Shown: in pieces, positions 40,656 to 51,484 of the stretch
How positions within the stretch are numbered: position 1 is the stretch's first letter
How the letters are laid out: the number at the start of each line of letters is the position of its first letter
NCBI GenBank assembly: GCA_963696385.1
Contig: CAVOKF010000005.1
Span: 672,001-736,000, forward strand
Direction: 5' to 3'
Length of the DNA stretch: 64,000 bases
Origin: an uncultured delta proteobacterium
GTDB lineage: Bacteria > Myxococcota_A > Polyangia > Polyangiales > Polyangiaceae
Position numbers and translations under genes: made by a program
Notes under the pieces: model-generated
Seen by the model: only the letters and a program-made list of their open reading frames with translations
Told to the model about the DNA's origin: nothing
Databases searched by the model: none

Positions 40656-40975
40656 GGAAACCCGTGGCACGGCTCGACCTTGGAGCCGATTCGCAGGTTG
40701 CATCCTGACACGTAGGGCGCTCAGACGGGAAGCACAACTAGAATAGTCCCGTCGCGCCGGGTCACTTCCGGCGCGTCCGACGCATCGTCGGCTGGAGTCG
40801 CCGGCGGGCCGCAACAGGATCGAATCAGGAGACAGCCTGCGCCGGCACAAGGACGAGACCTTCTTCGCCGTCGAGGTCGAGGACATGCAGCGGGCCGTCG
40901 CGGACGAAATCGAAAACGGAAAACTCATGGCCATGCGCTTGAGCGTGGGCTACGGAGCAGAAGAGGACCCGCGCC

Positions 40976-41718
40976 ATGGAAACCAGGCGAATTCGCAAGG
41001 TCGTCAAAGCTCGTGCGACGGTGGAGGGGGCTGGGGTCCATCTGCATCGCGCGATCGGCCTCGAGAACCCGAGGAGTACGACCCCTTTCTCTTGCTCGAC
41101 GACTTCCGCTCCGATGTTCCCGAGCAATATCGGCGAGGCTTTCCGTGGCACCCGCATCGGGGAATGGAGACGATTACCTACGTCCTTCGCGGACGAGTCG
41201 AGAACGGCGACAGCCTGGGCCACCACGGCGTGATCTCGCCGGGAGACGTGCAATGGATGAGCGCCGGCAGTGGCATCCTCCACCAAGAAATGCCCCAGAG
41301 CGATGAGAGCGGCGCGATGTACGGCTTCCAGCTCTGGACGAACCTGCCCGCCGCGAACAAGATGTCGGAGCCGCGCTATCGCGGGATCGACAGCGCCGAG
41401 ATTCTGGAGGTGACCGACGCGAGCGGCGCGACGATCCGAATCGTCGCCGGCGTCGCCAACGGCGTGACGGGGCCCGTACGCGATGTCGTCACCCACCCCG
41501 AGTACCTCGACGTCAGGGTGCCTGCGGGCAAGACGTTCACGCGTGCGACCCCGCGTGGAGACACCGTCTTCGCCTACGTGATCGGGGGACAAGGCGGTCT
41601 TCAACCACCAAGACGATCCGTATACGTACGAAGCGGAAGGCCGCCCGGCCACGCCCTTCCGCGGAGCGCCGTATCGGACGCGACCTGGGCGAAGATCGTT
41701 CGGGCCGTGGCAAGCTGA
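40976..41718 (+). pseudogene. Pirin family protein, frameshifted near 41068 and with C-terminal domain lost after about 41600
   Basis: TVEGAGVHLHRAIG / DPFLLLDDF, GFPWHPHRGMETITY, VQWMSAGSGILHQEMP, GFQLWTNLP. Confidence 0.85.
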
Positions 41719-41840
41719 AGGTCGACCCCGACGGGTAGGCCTTCGAGAACTCAAACGCCCCTCACACATTCTCGGCTCCAGCAAAGCGAGTGGGGGTTGC
41801 CGTTAGGCCCACGACGCGCCGTAGGACCCCGGATCCGAGG

Positions 41841-42101
41841 TCAAATGATGAAAGCTCTGCGCGTCACGGCATCGGAGCACGCATCGAACACGATCCCGCA
41901 GTGGACGCAGCGGAACTCCACCCGGGAAGGCACCGACGTCCCTCCCCAAAGGGCGTAGAGCGTCCCGAGAAACGTGTACTGACGCTCGGGCGTCGCCGCG
42001 CGGTGCGTGCGGTTCGTTCCGCACGGGCAGGTGGGAAGCGCCGGCGGTGGAACCGGGGGCGCCGTGGTCTCGAGCGTCGGGCGTTGGTTTTCACGAAGCA
42101 T
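41841..42101 (-). CDS. Small (86 aa) Cys-rich putative zinc-ribbon protein
   Basis: RBS AAGGAG; CPCG...short hydrophobic stretch...FRCVHCG. Confidence 0.65.
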   Translation of the reverse strand: MLRENQRPTLETTAPPVPPPALPTCPCGTNRTHRAATPERQYTFLGTLYALWGGTSVPSRVEFRCVHCGIVFDACSDAVTRRAFII

Positions 42102-42165
42102 GTCGGTCTCCTTGGCTGGGCCGGCGGAAGAGCCATGGCTGCCTGCCAGCCGCTCGGCCGCTTTT

Positions 42166-42181
42166 CGCAAGACGGGTGCCG
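42166..42181 (-). promoter_or_regulatory. Sigma54 -24/-12 promoter candidate
   Basis: CGGCACCCGTCTTGCG on the minus strand, 64 bp upstream of ATG 42101, divergent from a sigma54 activator. Confidence 0.7.
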
Positions 42182-42326
42182 GAGACGAGTCGACCGGGTT
42201 TCTGGCGCATTGTCGGCTCGATCGCGGTTGTGAGGCCGCCGATCGCCCGAGAGCACCACGACCCACCGCCGCGACCCTTCGCGGGCCCGCGACCGGTCGT
42301 GGCGTGGTACATGTCCGGCGTTTCCC

Positions 42327-43874
42327 GTGGATCGCGACGAACCGCTCGTAAACTCGCTCGATCGGGTTGCACTCGAGATGACCAGTACGCTCGAGCTCGA
42401 CGTCGTGCTCGCGAGCGTGACCCGCGGACTCGTGGACGACCTCGGGGTCGCGCTGGCGCGCATCTGGCTGCTGGATCCGGGCGACGCAGAGATGCGGCTT
42501 CGCGCGAGTTCCGGTCTGTCGACGCGAATCGACGGGACCTACGCCCGCGTCGCTATCGGCGCGCGCAAGATCGGCCGCATTGCGGAGACTCGCCAGGCCC
42601 TGTGGACCAACGACGTGCTGCATGACGACCGGATCGCCGACCGGGCATGGGCACGCGACAACGGGTTGGTGTCGTTTGCGGGCTGGCCACTCACCTTCCG
42701 CGACGCGCTCGAGGGGGTGCTCGCGAGTTTTTCGCGCCGGCCGCTCGGCGAGGCCGAGCTCGCCCGCATGGCCCTATTTGCTCACCAGGCGGCGATTGCC
42801 ATCCAGAACGCTCGACTTTTCGCCGAGGTCCGCGCTCTCGAACGGCGCATGCAGGCCGAGAACGACTATCTGCGCCGCGAGATTGCCGGGGCCGACGATC
42901 CCGCGTTCGCCGTGCTCTCGCAATGCGACGGGCTCCGGACGGTGCTCGATCAGATTCGCCACGTCGCCTCGACGCCCACGACTGTGCAGGTTCACGGCGA
43001 GACCGGGACGGGCAAAGAGCTCGTCGCGCGGGCCATCCACGAGCTCAGTCCGCGAAAGGCCGGTCCGCTCGTCCGGGTCAATTGCGCCGCGCTGTCGCCA
43101 TCGGTCGTCGAGAGTGAGTTGTTCGGCCACGAGAAGGGCGCCTTCACCGGAGCCCAGCAGCGGCGCGCGGGCAGATTCGAGCTGGCCGACGGCGGTACCC
43201 TGATGCTCGACGAAGTGGGCGAACTGCCGCTCGAGACCCAGGCGAAGCTGCTGCGAGTCTTGCAGGAGCAGGAGTTCGAACGCGTCGGCGGATCGAAGCC
43301 GGTGCGGGTCGACGTGCGGATCGTTTCGGCGACGAACCGGAACCTCGCGAAGGCCGTCGACGCCGGAAGCTTCCGGGCAGATCTGTTTTACCGTCTCGCT
43401 GTGTTCCCGATCGAAGTGCCGCCCTTGCGCGCTCGGCCGGGCGATTGCGTGGTCCTCGCCAAGACGTTCGTTCGCACGCAGGCGCAGCGTCTTGGAAAGC
43501 CTATCGAGGGGCTCGAGCCGGAAGCGCTCGAACGACTTGTCGCCCATGACTGGCCCGGCAACGTGCGGGAGCTCGCCAATGTCATCGAGCGAGCGGCGAT
43601 TGTGGCTGCCGGCACGAGTCTGATGGCCAGCGACCTGCCTCCGCTCTCACGCCGCGACGGCCGACCGGCACCGCCGGCCCATCGCGCGGGGCCCGAAGAC
43701 GGCGCCGATCTGCGGCTCGAACACGTCGAACGGGTGCACGTGACGAACGTCCTCGAACGGACGGGCTGGACGATCGAAGGAAAGAAGGGCGCCGCAGCCC
43801 TGCTTGGCCTCGCCCCTAGCACGCTGCGTTCTCGGATGGCACAGCTCGCGATCGAACGACCCAAGAAGGGCTGA
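42327..43874 (+). CDS. Sigma54-dependent enhancer-binding protein (GAF + AAA+ + Fis-type HTH; FhlA-like)
   Basis: GETGTGKE, ESELFGHEKGAFTGA, LDEVGEL, WPGNVREL, GAAALLGLAPSTL. Confidence 0.95.
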   Translation: MDRDEPLVNSLDRVALEMTSTLELDVVLASVTRGLVDDLGVALARIWLLDPGDAEMRLRASSGLSTRIDGTYARVAIGARKIGRIAETRQALWTNDVLHDDRIADRAWARDNGLVSFAGWPLTFRDALEGVLASFSRRPLGEAELARMALFAHQAAIAIQNARLFAEVRALERRMQAENDYLRREIAGADDPAFAVLSQCDGLRTVLDQIRHVASTPTTVQVHGETGTGKELVARAIHELSPRKAGPLVRVNCAALSPSVVESELFGHEKGAFTGAQQRRAGRFELADGGTLMLDEVGELPLETQAKLLRVLQEQEFERVGGSKPVRVDVRIVSATNRNLAKAVDAGSFRADLFYRLAVFPIEVPPLRARPGDCVVLAKTFVRTQAQRLGKPIEGLEPEALERLVAHDWPGNVRELANVIERAAIVAAGTSLMASDLPPLSRRDGRPAPPAHRAGPEDGADLRLEHVERVHVTNVLERTGWTIEGKKGAAALLGLAPSTLRSRMAQLAIERPKKG

Positions 43875-43906
43875 AAACCGCCGCGGTTACAGGAGAAGCC
43901 TCCCCC

Positions 43907-44731
43907 TTATCGCGCGCCGGGGCAAGGCGCGAACCTCGCGCGTGCGCTCTCGCTCTGTGCGCGAGCCGACGGCGGGCGCGGCGGGGCTCCATTGTCGTTC
44001 GACCTCGGAAGGCAGATCTTCACACGCCGCTGCCGGTGCAAGTCGTGCTTCCACGATTCCATTACTTCGCCGCTCGGGTCCACGTCCGTTTGAAAGCCGA
44101 ACAGCAAGCGGATGTCTGCGTCGTCGCGAGTCCGCTGCGAGACGAAGATCTCGCCCGTGGCCAGCGCGCCTGCGAAGCCCAGACTCTCGTCGAGCCGGAA
44201 TGTCGAGTTGCCACCGTACCACTTGTCGAGGGCTTGTCGCGCCCGCGCCGCCTCCTCCGGCGAAAGCGCGAAGTCGCCGACGATCCCGTGCGCGCGACGA
44301 TAGGTGGCGAGCAGCGCCGGGAGGTCGGTTTGAGCATGGTTGACTTCGGGGTCGAGCGGCGGCGCCGGATCGTTGGCATTCGCCGGAGGATCCCACGAAC
44401 GCACCTCAAGGGCGATCGCGGGGCCGAAAAGGTACGCGCTGTAGCAGGTCAGGCTCACCACCCGTCCGCTGAAATACACTCGATGATCACTGCGGACGAC
44501 GACAAACGGCTCGTCGATTCTCACCTCACCCTCCGGATCCAGTCGATCTGTCTTGTCGGCCCACGGGCAGTCGGCGAGTCCGTGGTCGAGGTTGATGTCC
44601 AGGCCTTGCCGCTCGAACCGTCCGGCCACGTTTCGGCGCAGCCGCGGAGAAGAGATGGCCGCCACGAGAAGCGCGGCCGCGGCTCCACCGAACGCGATAC
44701 CGACCGTCCTGCGTTGCGACCGCGTCCTCAT
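43907..44731 (-). CDS. Hypothetical protein with N-terminal signal/TM segment
   Basis: Long coding-like ORF downstream of the DUF4280 gene; no recognised motif. Confidence 0.5.
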   Translation of the reverse strand: MRTRSQRRTVGIAFGGAAAALLVAAISSPRLRRNVAGRFERQGLDINLDHGLADCPWADKTDRLDPEGEVRIDEPFVVVRSDHRVYFSGRVVSLTCYSAYLFGPAIALEVRSWDPPANANDPAPPLDPEVNHAQTDLPALLATYRRAHGIVGDFALSPEEAARARQALDKWYGGNSTFRLDESLGFAGALATGEIFVSQRTRDDADIRLLFGFQTDVDPSGEVMESWKHDLHRQRRVKICLPRSNDNGAPPRPPSARAQSESARARFAPCPGAR

Positions 44732-45151
44732 GACATAACGTCTGCCCCGCGACCACACTTCGGCTCGGCCGCTTCACAGACCCTGACACTGCTTTTCGCC
44801 CGACGACAGGTTCTCGAGCGAGGGCTCGACCATCGCGCCGCCGGGTCCTCTCCCCAAGGCGGGAGAGTGAACCCCATGTGGAAAAACGTCCAGAAGTTTT
44901 GTCCCCACGGGTGGGGCCGGCTCGCAAGAAAGCTCATGACCGTCGGAACCCGAGCGCGAGGCCTTGCTGTTCCTGGGGATCCTGAAGGGCGCAGGCGAGA
45001 CACTCAACCCGTGTCTCTGGCTGCTTCGCGCACATGTCCGCCGCGTCGAGAGCCTGGAGGGTGGTCGTCAGTTGCTGGATGGCGCTATCGATGAACCCGA
45101 AGCCCCAAAAGAAGGGTCCCTCAAGTGGCCCGTCGACGCTCCTTCCGAAAC

Positions 45152-45541
45152 TTAGTCCACCTCGACATCGGATTGTCCTGCGGACTCCACCTGAATCTGA
45201 CCGCCCCATTGGCACGCGAGCTGGCACGCGTCCGACACCGCCGGCTGCCCGCCCACGGTCACGCTTTGCGATCCGGGCGTCCACGGGGTTGTCGTCATGG
45301 GCACGCAGGGCTGCGGCGTCAGAACGCCCTGCGCGGCCGACGTAGCCGCGGCGACTTGCGGGTTGGTCATCGACATGCACATCCCGAATGGAGCAATATT
45401 GACGATGGGCTGCATGTCTTGAATATTGGCGGCCGAGGCCGAGTCGCCTTCAACTGCGTGGATCGGAAGGACGGACAACTGCGAGGGGGCGTTGCCCATC
45501 GAGCAGGAGAGCGACGCGCCCTGAACCACCAGTTTCGCCAT
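45152..45541 (-). CDS. DUF4280 PAAR-like spike tip protein
   Basis: GASLSCSMG, NIAPFGMC.S..NP, PCVP....PW, L.CQWGG.I. Confidence 0.93.
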   Translation of the reverse strand: MAKLVVQGASLSCSMGNAPSQLSVLPIHAVEGDSASAANIQDMQPIVNIAPFGMCMSMTNPQVAAATSAAQGVLTPQPCVPMTTTPWTPGSQSVTVGGQPAVSDACQLACQWGGQIQVESAGQSDVEVD

Positions 45542-45781
45542 GACTGACAGAACCTTAGCAGCGAACAGTTCCGCGATACGTCACCCGTTCGGGCGACGAC
45601 GTGAACCGCTCGGGTCACGGCGCCAGCCGGACGCCGAAGTTGACCGCCGAAGGAGCCACCTCTCAAGGCCCGATTCCCACTCGGAGAGGCTCTGGACGGA
45701 CGAATGATCGACATCCGCATCAACCATCAAGGCGCACCTGTTTCGGCGCCTGCGGGTCGTCTACTCGTAGGAGGGTCGCAA

Positions 45782-48277
45782 TCATTTTTTCGCGCCGGAG
45801 TCGTCGGGAAACGAGATCTGGTACGACGAGTCGCCGACGAGTTCGAGCATACCGTTCGCGTCCAGGACGGTCACGCGCTGCTCATTGCCGGAGGTGAGCA
45901 GCACGCGTACATTCGCCCGCGGTTTGCCTTGCGAGTCGTTTAGCTGCACACGGGTGATCTTGACCGGCTGGCTGCTCGGTTGGGACGTCGATCCCGAGCC
46001 GCCTCCGAGCTTGACCTGAGATGCCTGAACGCTGGCGGAACTCGAATCGAGACTGACGACGGCGCCCGCCGTCTGTAGCTTCAGCGTCGCGGCGCCCACG
46101 GTCGCCTGATTCGACAGATTGGCGCTGAGGGTGCTGCCCACGATGCTCGTGGTCTTGCCGACCACTGACACGTTCGGACTGCTGAGCGTGATCCCGCTCG
46201 GCGATACGCAGATCTGACTGTCTCCGCATACGAGCGTGAAACCTTCGAGGGTCTCGACCTCGAAAGTCTTGGAAGCGTACGCCCGGCCGCGCCCCTCGAC
46301 GTGCATGACGGCGCTCCGCATTGCGTCTCCCGTGCCCACGATGATCGCGCGGTGACCCAGGTGTCGCTCGGTGACGTCCTTCGTGAATGTTCCGTCCGTC
46401 TTTCCGATGGTTTGTGTGGTGACGTCGCCGCTCACAGTCTGTGATAGATTGGCCCCGACGTTGACGTTGCGCCCTCCACCCACCTGCAGCGTGTCGTCGA
46501 CGCCGATGGACACCGTTCGGGCGCCGGCGACGTTCACCGACTGCTCCGCCCCGATCGCAACGAGCTGGCCCAGCGTCACATTGACTTGATGCGTCATCCC
46601 CACGCCGATCGATTGGGATCCACCCACTTGGATCGACTCGTCTCCTCCGACGTTGCGGCTGCGGTTGAAGCCCACCGAGAGCTGCTCGTTCTGGCCGACC
46701 TGTGCGATCAAGTTCCGAACGATGTTGCCCGTCTCGTCGTTCTTGACCAGCTTCGTCAGATCCTTCGCTGCCTGCATGTAGAGCTCCTCGTCCCCAGTGC
46801 GGTCCTCGAAGCGGATCTCGTTGCCATTGAAGCTTGAAGGTGTGCTCCGGGTGAGCACCCCGCTCTGGGTCTGGTTGGCGGGCAGATCGAAGGGCGGCAT
46901 GTGCATGGCGTTGTATACGCTGCCGGTGACAATGGGGCAGTCCGGGTCTCCTTCCAGGAAGTCGACGATCACCTCTTGGCCGATGCGGGGCACGAACTGC
47001 GCGCCCCACCCGGTCCCCGCCCATATCTGGGCCACGCGGAGCCAGCACGAGCTATTCTGGTCATTGTTGCCTCTTCGGTCCCAGTGAAATTGCACCTTGA
47101 CGCGACCGTACTGGTCCGTCCAGATCTCTTGCCCCGACGGGCCGACCACGGTGGCCGTCTGCGGCCCGCGCACGGAGGGTTTGTGCTGAAGGAGCGGCGG
47201 CCGAAAGACGGTGTTTGCCTGCGCGGCCCTGAACTCACATTCGAACGGCTCCTCCACCGCGTTCCCACTGCGTAGCTCGGAACCGCTCAGCCGCACGCGC
47301 GTGGAGCGGATCAGGTAATTCGCGTTTTGATCCGCGCGCGGATGATTGAACAGCGCGAAGGTGCTGCCGACGGCAAGCCCGCGTGCGTTGCTCTCGCCCG
47401 CATAGCCGCGTCGCTCGCGACGGGCTTGGTCGAGGCGGAGGCGCGCATACGTTTCGGCGGTCGCCAAAGTCGTGAAGCCGCCCGGGTAGTCGTAAGCCTT
47501 GAGGTTCGCGTTCGCGTCCTCGTCCGCCGAGGTGCGCGCGCAGTAGAGGGGCGTATTCGGTTTGGTAAAGTCGAAGTCCGCGACGGCGTACGCCCCCGTT
47601 TCGATCCTCGCGTCGGCCCGCCAGCGGAGCACGTACTGCATCGTCGGGTCGCTCCGCTCGGCCCCAGTTGTAGCATACGGCACACGCGCATACCCGGGCG
47701 CGGGATCATGGGAAGAGGGGGAGTCGGCGAGGACGAGCGTGTGTCTGCCGTCGTCCTGCCGGAAGAAAAAATAAATCCCTTCGCGTTCGAGCCAGCGGCA
47801 CACGAAATGCAAATCGGTTTCCCGATATTGCACGACATACTCGCGTGGAGCGTACGTCTCGAACAGCGCGCGCTCGAAGGCGTCGAAGCCTCGGTCGCGA
47901 AAGATCTGCGTCACGACGTCGGGCACGCTCATGTTCTGGAAGATGCGGCAATCCGCCGCGAGATCGAGCTGCCAGAGCCATGGCCGCAGCGTCAACCGGT
48001 AGCGCGACAGGCCGTCGTCGCCTGTCTCGACGTACTGTAACTCCGACGCGATCCCATTCCAGTGTCGAACGCCGTCGTCCCCGTCGCCGAGATGCATGTG
48101 CACCGTCACGGAGTGGCCCAGCAGCTCGTCGGGATCGATGTCCGATCGGGGGCTCACGGCCTCGATCTCGAAGGCAAAGAGTTGCGAGATTTCTTCGAAA
48201 GCTGACATCGAATAGAGCGTCAACTGGTCGCCGAGAGGCGTGTCCATCGTGACGGCAATGGTCTGCGGCATGTCCAT
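45782..48277 (-). CDS. vgrG: Type VI secretion spike protein VgrG with C-terminal TTR-like extension
   Basis: YVVQYRETD..F..R.LEREGIYFFF, GPQTATVVG, DQYGRVKVQFHWDR, PRIGQEVIVDFLEGDPD.P, NEIRFED. Confidence 0.95.
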   Translation of the reverse strand: MDMPQTIAVTMDTPLGDQLTLYSMSAFEEISQLFAFEIEAVSPRSDIDPDELLGHSVTVHMHLGDGDDGVRHWNGIASELQYVETGDDGLSRYRLTLRPWLWQLDLAADCRIFQNMSVPDVVTQIFRDRGFDAFERALFETYAPREYVVQYRETDLHFVCRWLEREGIYFFFRQDDGRHTLVLADSPSSHDPAPGYARVPYATTGAERSDPTMQYVLRWRADARIETGAYAVADFDFTKPNTPLYCARTSADEDANANLKAYDYPGGFTTLATAETYARLRLDQARRERRGYAGESNARGLAVGSTFALFNHPRADQNANYLIRSTRVRLSGSELRSGNAVEEPFECEFRAAQANTVFRPPLLQHKPSVRGPQTATVVGPSGQEIWTDQYGRVKVQFHWDRRGNNDQNSSCWLRVAQIWAGTGWGAQFVPRIGQEVIVDFLEGDPDCPIVTGSVYNAMHMPPFDLPANQTQSGVLTRSTPSSFNGNEIRFEDRTGDEELYMQAAKDLTKLVKNDETGNIVRNLIAQVGQNEQLSVGFNRSRNVGGDESIQVGGSQSIGVGMTHQVNVTLGQLVAIGAEQSVNVAGARTVSIGVDDTLQVGGGRNVNVGANLSQTVSGDVTTQTIGKTDGTFTKDVTERHLGHRAIIVGTGDAMRSAVMHVEGRGRAYASKTFEVETLEGFTLVCGDSQICVSPSGITLSSPNVSVVGKTTSIVGSTLSANLSNQATVGAATLKLQTAGAVVSLDSSSASVQASQVKLGGGSGSTSQPSSQPVKITRVQLNDSQGKPRANVRVLLTSGNEQRVTVLDANGMLELVGDSSYQISFPDDSGAKK

Positions 48278-48530
48278 CGATCTCGCCTCCTTTCGCTCAT
48301 CGTTCGTAACACCTGAGCGGTCTCCGGTCACCGGCAGACGCACAGCCTTGAGCCCGGACGGGCATTTCCGCCCGTGGCGCAGGCAGACAAGCCCTCAAAT
48401 CGTAGCTGTAGTCCCTTTGAGTGACTTGAAAAGTACGTCGAAGCCGGGACGAGCGTGGGCGTAGACTCGTTTCTCTTCTGCGGTTGGCGTGCGGAGGAAA
48501 TTGCGCCGTGCCGGTGCCTCAGGGCGACCG

Positions 48531-49022
48531 TTATGTACTCAAGGTCGATGAATGACTCCGGGGCCAAAGCGTGCGCTCCTGGCTCGTCTGCGGCTCAGCG
48601 GGACATGCGAAGCGTCCGAGCACGAGGGCCGCGACAGCGAGCGGGACCGAGTGGAGAACGATGGCGCCGAAGAAGACAGCGAAGACGGGCGCGACCGCCA
48701 TCGGCAGGGGTATCCCGAGGATCGGTGCACAGAGGGAGAGCTCGTGTCGCCCACCGGCGAAGTAGCGCGCCCAGATATAGTAGATGGATAGGGCGCCGAG
48801 CACCGCAAGAAGAGCGCCTTTCTCGAGCCCGACCCGTGCCATGTCGTAGAAAAACGGTATCCGGAGCACCCCCACGCGTCCCACGAGCTCCAGCACTCCG
48901 AGAGTCCGCGCCAGCCGAGGCTCCGCCCCCTCGGCCTGGCACCCGGCGTCACGCCAAGGAAATACCAGGTACGCGAGATTGGGAGCGGCGACAGCCATCG
49001 ACAGTGCCCCACCTAGCATCAT
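48531..49022 (-). CDS. Hypothetical membrane protein
   Basis: Several hydrophobic segments; YY.WARYF, PLPMAVAPV. Confidence 0.55.
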   Translation of the reverse strand: MMLGGALSMAVAAPNLAYLVFPWRDAGCQAEGAEPRLARTLGVLELVGRVGVLRIPFFYDMARVGLEKGALLAVLGALSIYYIWARYFAGGRHELSLCAPILGIPLPMAVAPVFAVFFGAIVLHSVPLAVAALVLGRFACPAEPQTSQERTLWPRSHSSTLST

Positions 49023-49039
49023 GACTCATCGCTGACGTT

Positions 49040-49935
49040 TCACCTGGCGCCCGCGCAGCGAAGCAGGACCGTCGCGCGCGAGAGACGACCGCGGGATGGA
49101 CGATTCGGGTGGCGAGCGCGGGACCTTAGGAGATGGATGCCGACGACGCCGGCGAGCAACGCGGCTGCTGTGAGCGACGGCCCATCGCCCCAGATCGCGT
49201 AGAGGGACCGGACTCGCGACCGCGGCAGATCCGCGAACAGGACCCGGTCCACGTTCGAAGGCGCTGCGCCACGCGCGCGTGCGTCCGTACGGATCAACGG
49301 CGAGAGACAGCCCGAACCTCGTCGCGCGCAGCAGAGAGTGCCCCGACTCGATCGCGCGGACCGCTGCCATCTCCGCGTGGACAGGATCGATGCCCCGCCA
49401 GTCCGACGACGGAACCGCCACGAGGTCGGCATCCGCTCGCGCTCGCTCGAGGCCCAACGCCGGAAAGTCGTCATCGTAGCAGATGGCGCCCGAGAGCCGT
49501 CCCTGAGCGCGGCACGATCGACGCCGGCCCCACGCCGGCGTTTGAAGGCTCGCCCAGCGCCGGATGGTGCTTCGCATAGGTCCGCTGCACCGCGCCATCG
49601 CGCAGCACGAGCCGGTACTCGTTGCGATACGCGAGTGGCCTCGTGGACGTCGGCACCACGTACGCCGCGACGACGTCGATGTCGCTCTCGCGAGCCACCG
49701 TCCGCACCGCTTCGACCCACGCGCTCTCTTCGTCTGGACACACGGGCGTCGCCGCCTCGGGCCACACGGCGAGCACTGCGTCGCCGCGTGCCGCCGCCCG
49801 CGTTCGTTCGAGGAGCGCGCGGTCCCGCGAATACGTCGCGTCGCGCGAGGGGAGAGGGAGGCCGCTGACGTCGGCGTCCGTCGCGATTGCCGCAACGCGG
49901 ATTGTCGCGCTCCGCGCGACGTCGGCAACGGTCGT
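49040..49935 (-). pseudogene. Nitrilase / apolipoprotein N-acyltransferase-like fragment (5' end lost, two frameshifts)
   Basis: Triad motifs VWPE, YAKHHP, ICYD and AAVRAIESG spread over three frames; abuts the IS66 remnant. Confidence 0.8.
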
Positions 49936-50091
49936 GTCCTTGCGGCACGGCTGCGGGGCGGGGAGTACGAGGGGGGGTCTGGCGTGGGGCGTGCGAGAGG
50001 GGCAGGTCGCGGCGAGCGGCGGTGGCATTCGGCAACAGTGCGTGAAGTCGACGCGTGACTCGGGCAGCGTCGCGGTCAGGAGGAAGACCTG

Positions 50092-50660
50092 ATGAATCGA
50101 ACGAGTATCGGGGCAACGGGCGCTCTAGAAAGTCTGCGCGGGCGGATGGAGCGGTGGCGAGCCGGATGCGGAGGCAAGCGATCGAGGGTGCCGCAGGAGC
50201 TGTGGAACGCGGCGATCGAGGTGGCTCGCCGCGAAGGGGTGTGGGCGACGTCGCGGGCGACGCGTTTGAATTACCAAGGGCTGAAGGACCGGATGAGCCG
50301 AGCGTCGACGGGCTCGGCGATCGAGACGACGTCGCCGTCGTTTATCGAAGTGGCGAGGACGGCAGACGGGGCGAGCCGGACGGTGATCGAGCTCGAGGGT
50401 CGAGGCGGAGAGCGGCTGCGCGTGGAGGTGACGGGCGCGAGCGGGTTGGACGTGGTCGGATTGGCGCACGCCTTCTGGAGACGCGAGCGATGATCCAGCT
50501 CACGCCGCAGATGCGGATTCTGGTTGCGGTGGAGCCGGTGGACTTTCGGCGGGGGATCGACGGGGTGTGCCGGCAGATCTTGTCGAGCGATCCGTTTTCG
50601 GGAGCAGTGTTCGTATTTCGAAGTCGTCGGGGGACCGCGATTAAGATTTTGGCGTATGTG
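50092..50660 (+). mobile_element. tnpB: IS66-family remnant: tnpA-like ORF (50092-50493) and truncated tnpB (from 50490)
   Basis: RVPQELW..A...LNYQGLK; MIQLTPQMRILVAVEPVDFRRGIDG...DPFSGAVFVFRSRR..AIKILAY, then breaks; no tnpC. Confidence 0.88.
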
Positions 50661-50754
50661 ATCGAAGACGAAGCGCTCGCACTCCTTCGCGACGGCGCGA
50701 CGCACGTCGCGCGGGATCGCGCGGTAGCTCCCGAGGATCTGCGCGCAGCGGTCG

Positions 50755-50967
50755 TACCTCTACTTGCCGCGGCCGCGCGGCGCAAAGGTCGCCCGAACGT
50801 CCAACCCGGGGAATGGCTTGCGACTCGACTTTGATGCCGAGGGGACACCGATTGGGGTCGAGCTCACAGCCCCGGCGATCGTGACGATCGCTCAGCTGAA
50901 TGCCGTGCTCGCTCCTCTCGGTATCTCCCGGCTCGAGACCGAAGAGTTGGCCCCGCTAGCGGCTTGA
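50755..50967 (+). pseudogene. DUF2283 domain protein fragment (TA-associated)
   Basis: YLYL...GLRLDFDAEGTPIGVEL; N-terminus missing. Confidence 0.65.
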
Positions 50968-51086
50968 AGAGCGCCAGCACGCGGCATGCGTACCGTCGAG
51001 GTTGCCGCGAGAGCCGGCAGTGGCCAAAAACTCGTTCGGCACGCGACGGACCTTGCGGGACGTACTAAAAATGGTACGCGTAAGGG

Positions 51087-51484
51087 GTGCCGTCGGAGCC
51101 CCGGGCGCATCGCACCAAGGGCACGACGAAGGCTGCTGCGCCTCTCAAGTTGTCATGCGTCTTCTTCAAGACCGACAGAGGCAGCGAGCCTGTTCGGGAT
51201 TGGCTCAAGGACGACATCCGGCAGGGGCACGTAAGACGATTGGGATAGACATCAAGACAGTTCAGGCGACCTGGCCCATTGATAAGCCGCTCGTTGACTC
51301 CCTCGGGCACGGACTGCGGGAGGTACGGAGTACCCACGACAAGGTCGAGTATCGGGTCATCTTCGCGCTCAACGAGAGCACGATGGTTCTCTTGCACGGG
51401 TTCGTCAAGACGACCAAGAAAACCAGAAAATCCGACATCGACATCGGGCTGGAGCGGAAAGCCATTCGGGAGAAAGTACGATGA
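51087..51484 (+). pseudogene. RelE/Gp49-like type II toxin with a 1-bp deletion near 51218
   Basis: FFKTDRGSEPVRDWL in one frame, GLREVRS...YRVIF...LLHGFVKTTKKT in another. Confidence 0.8.
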
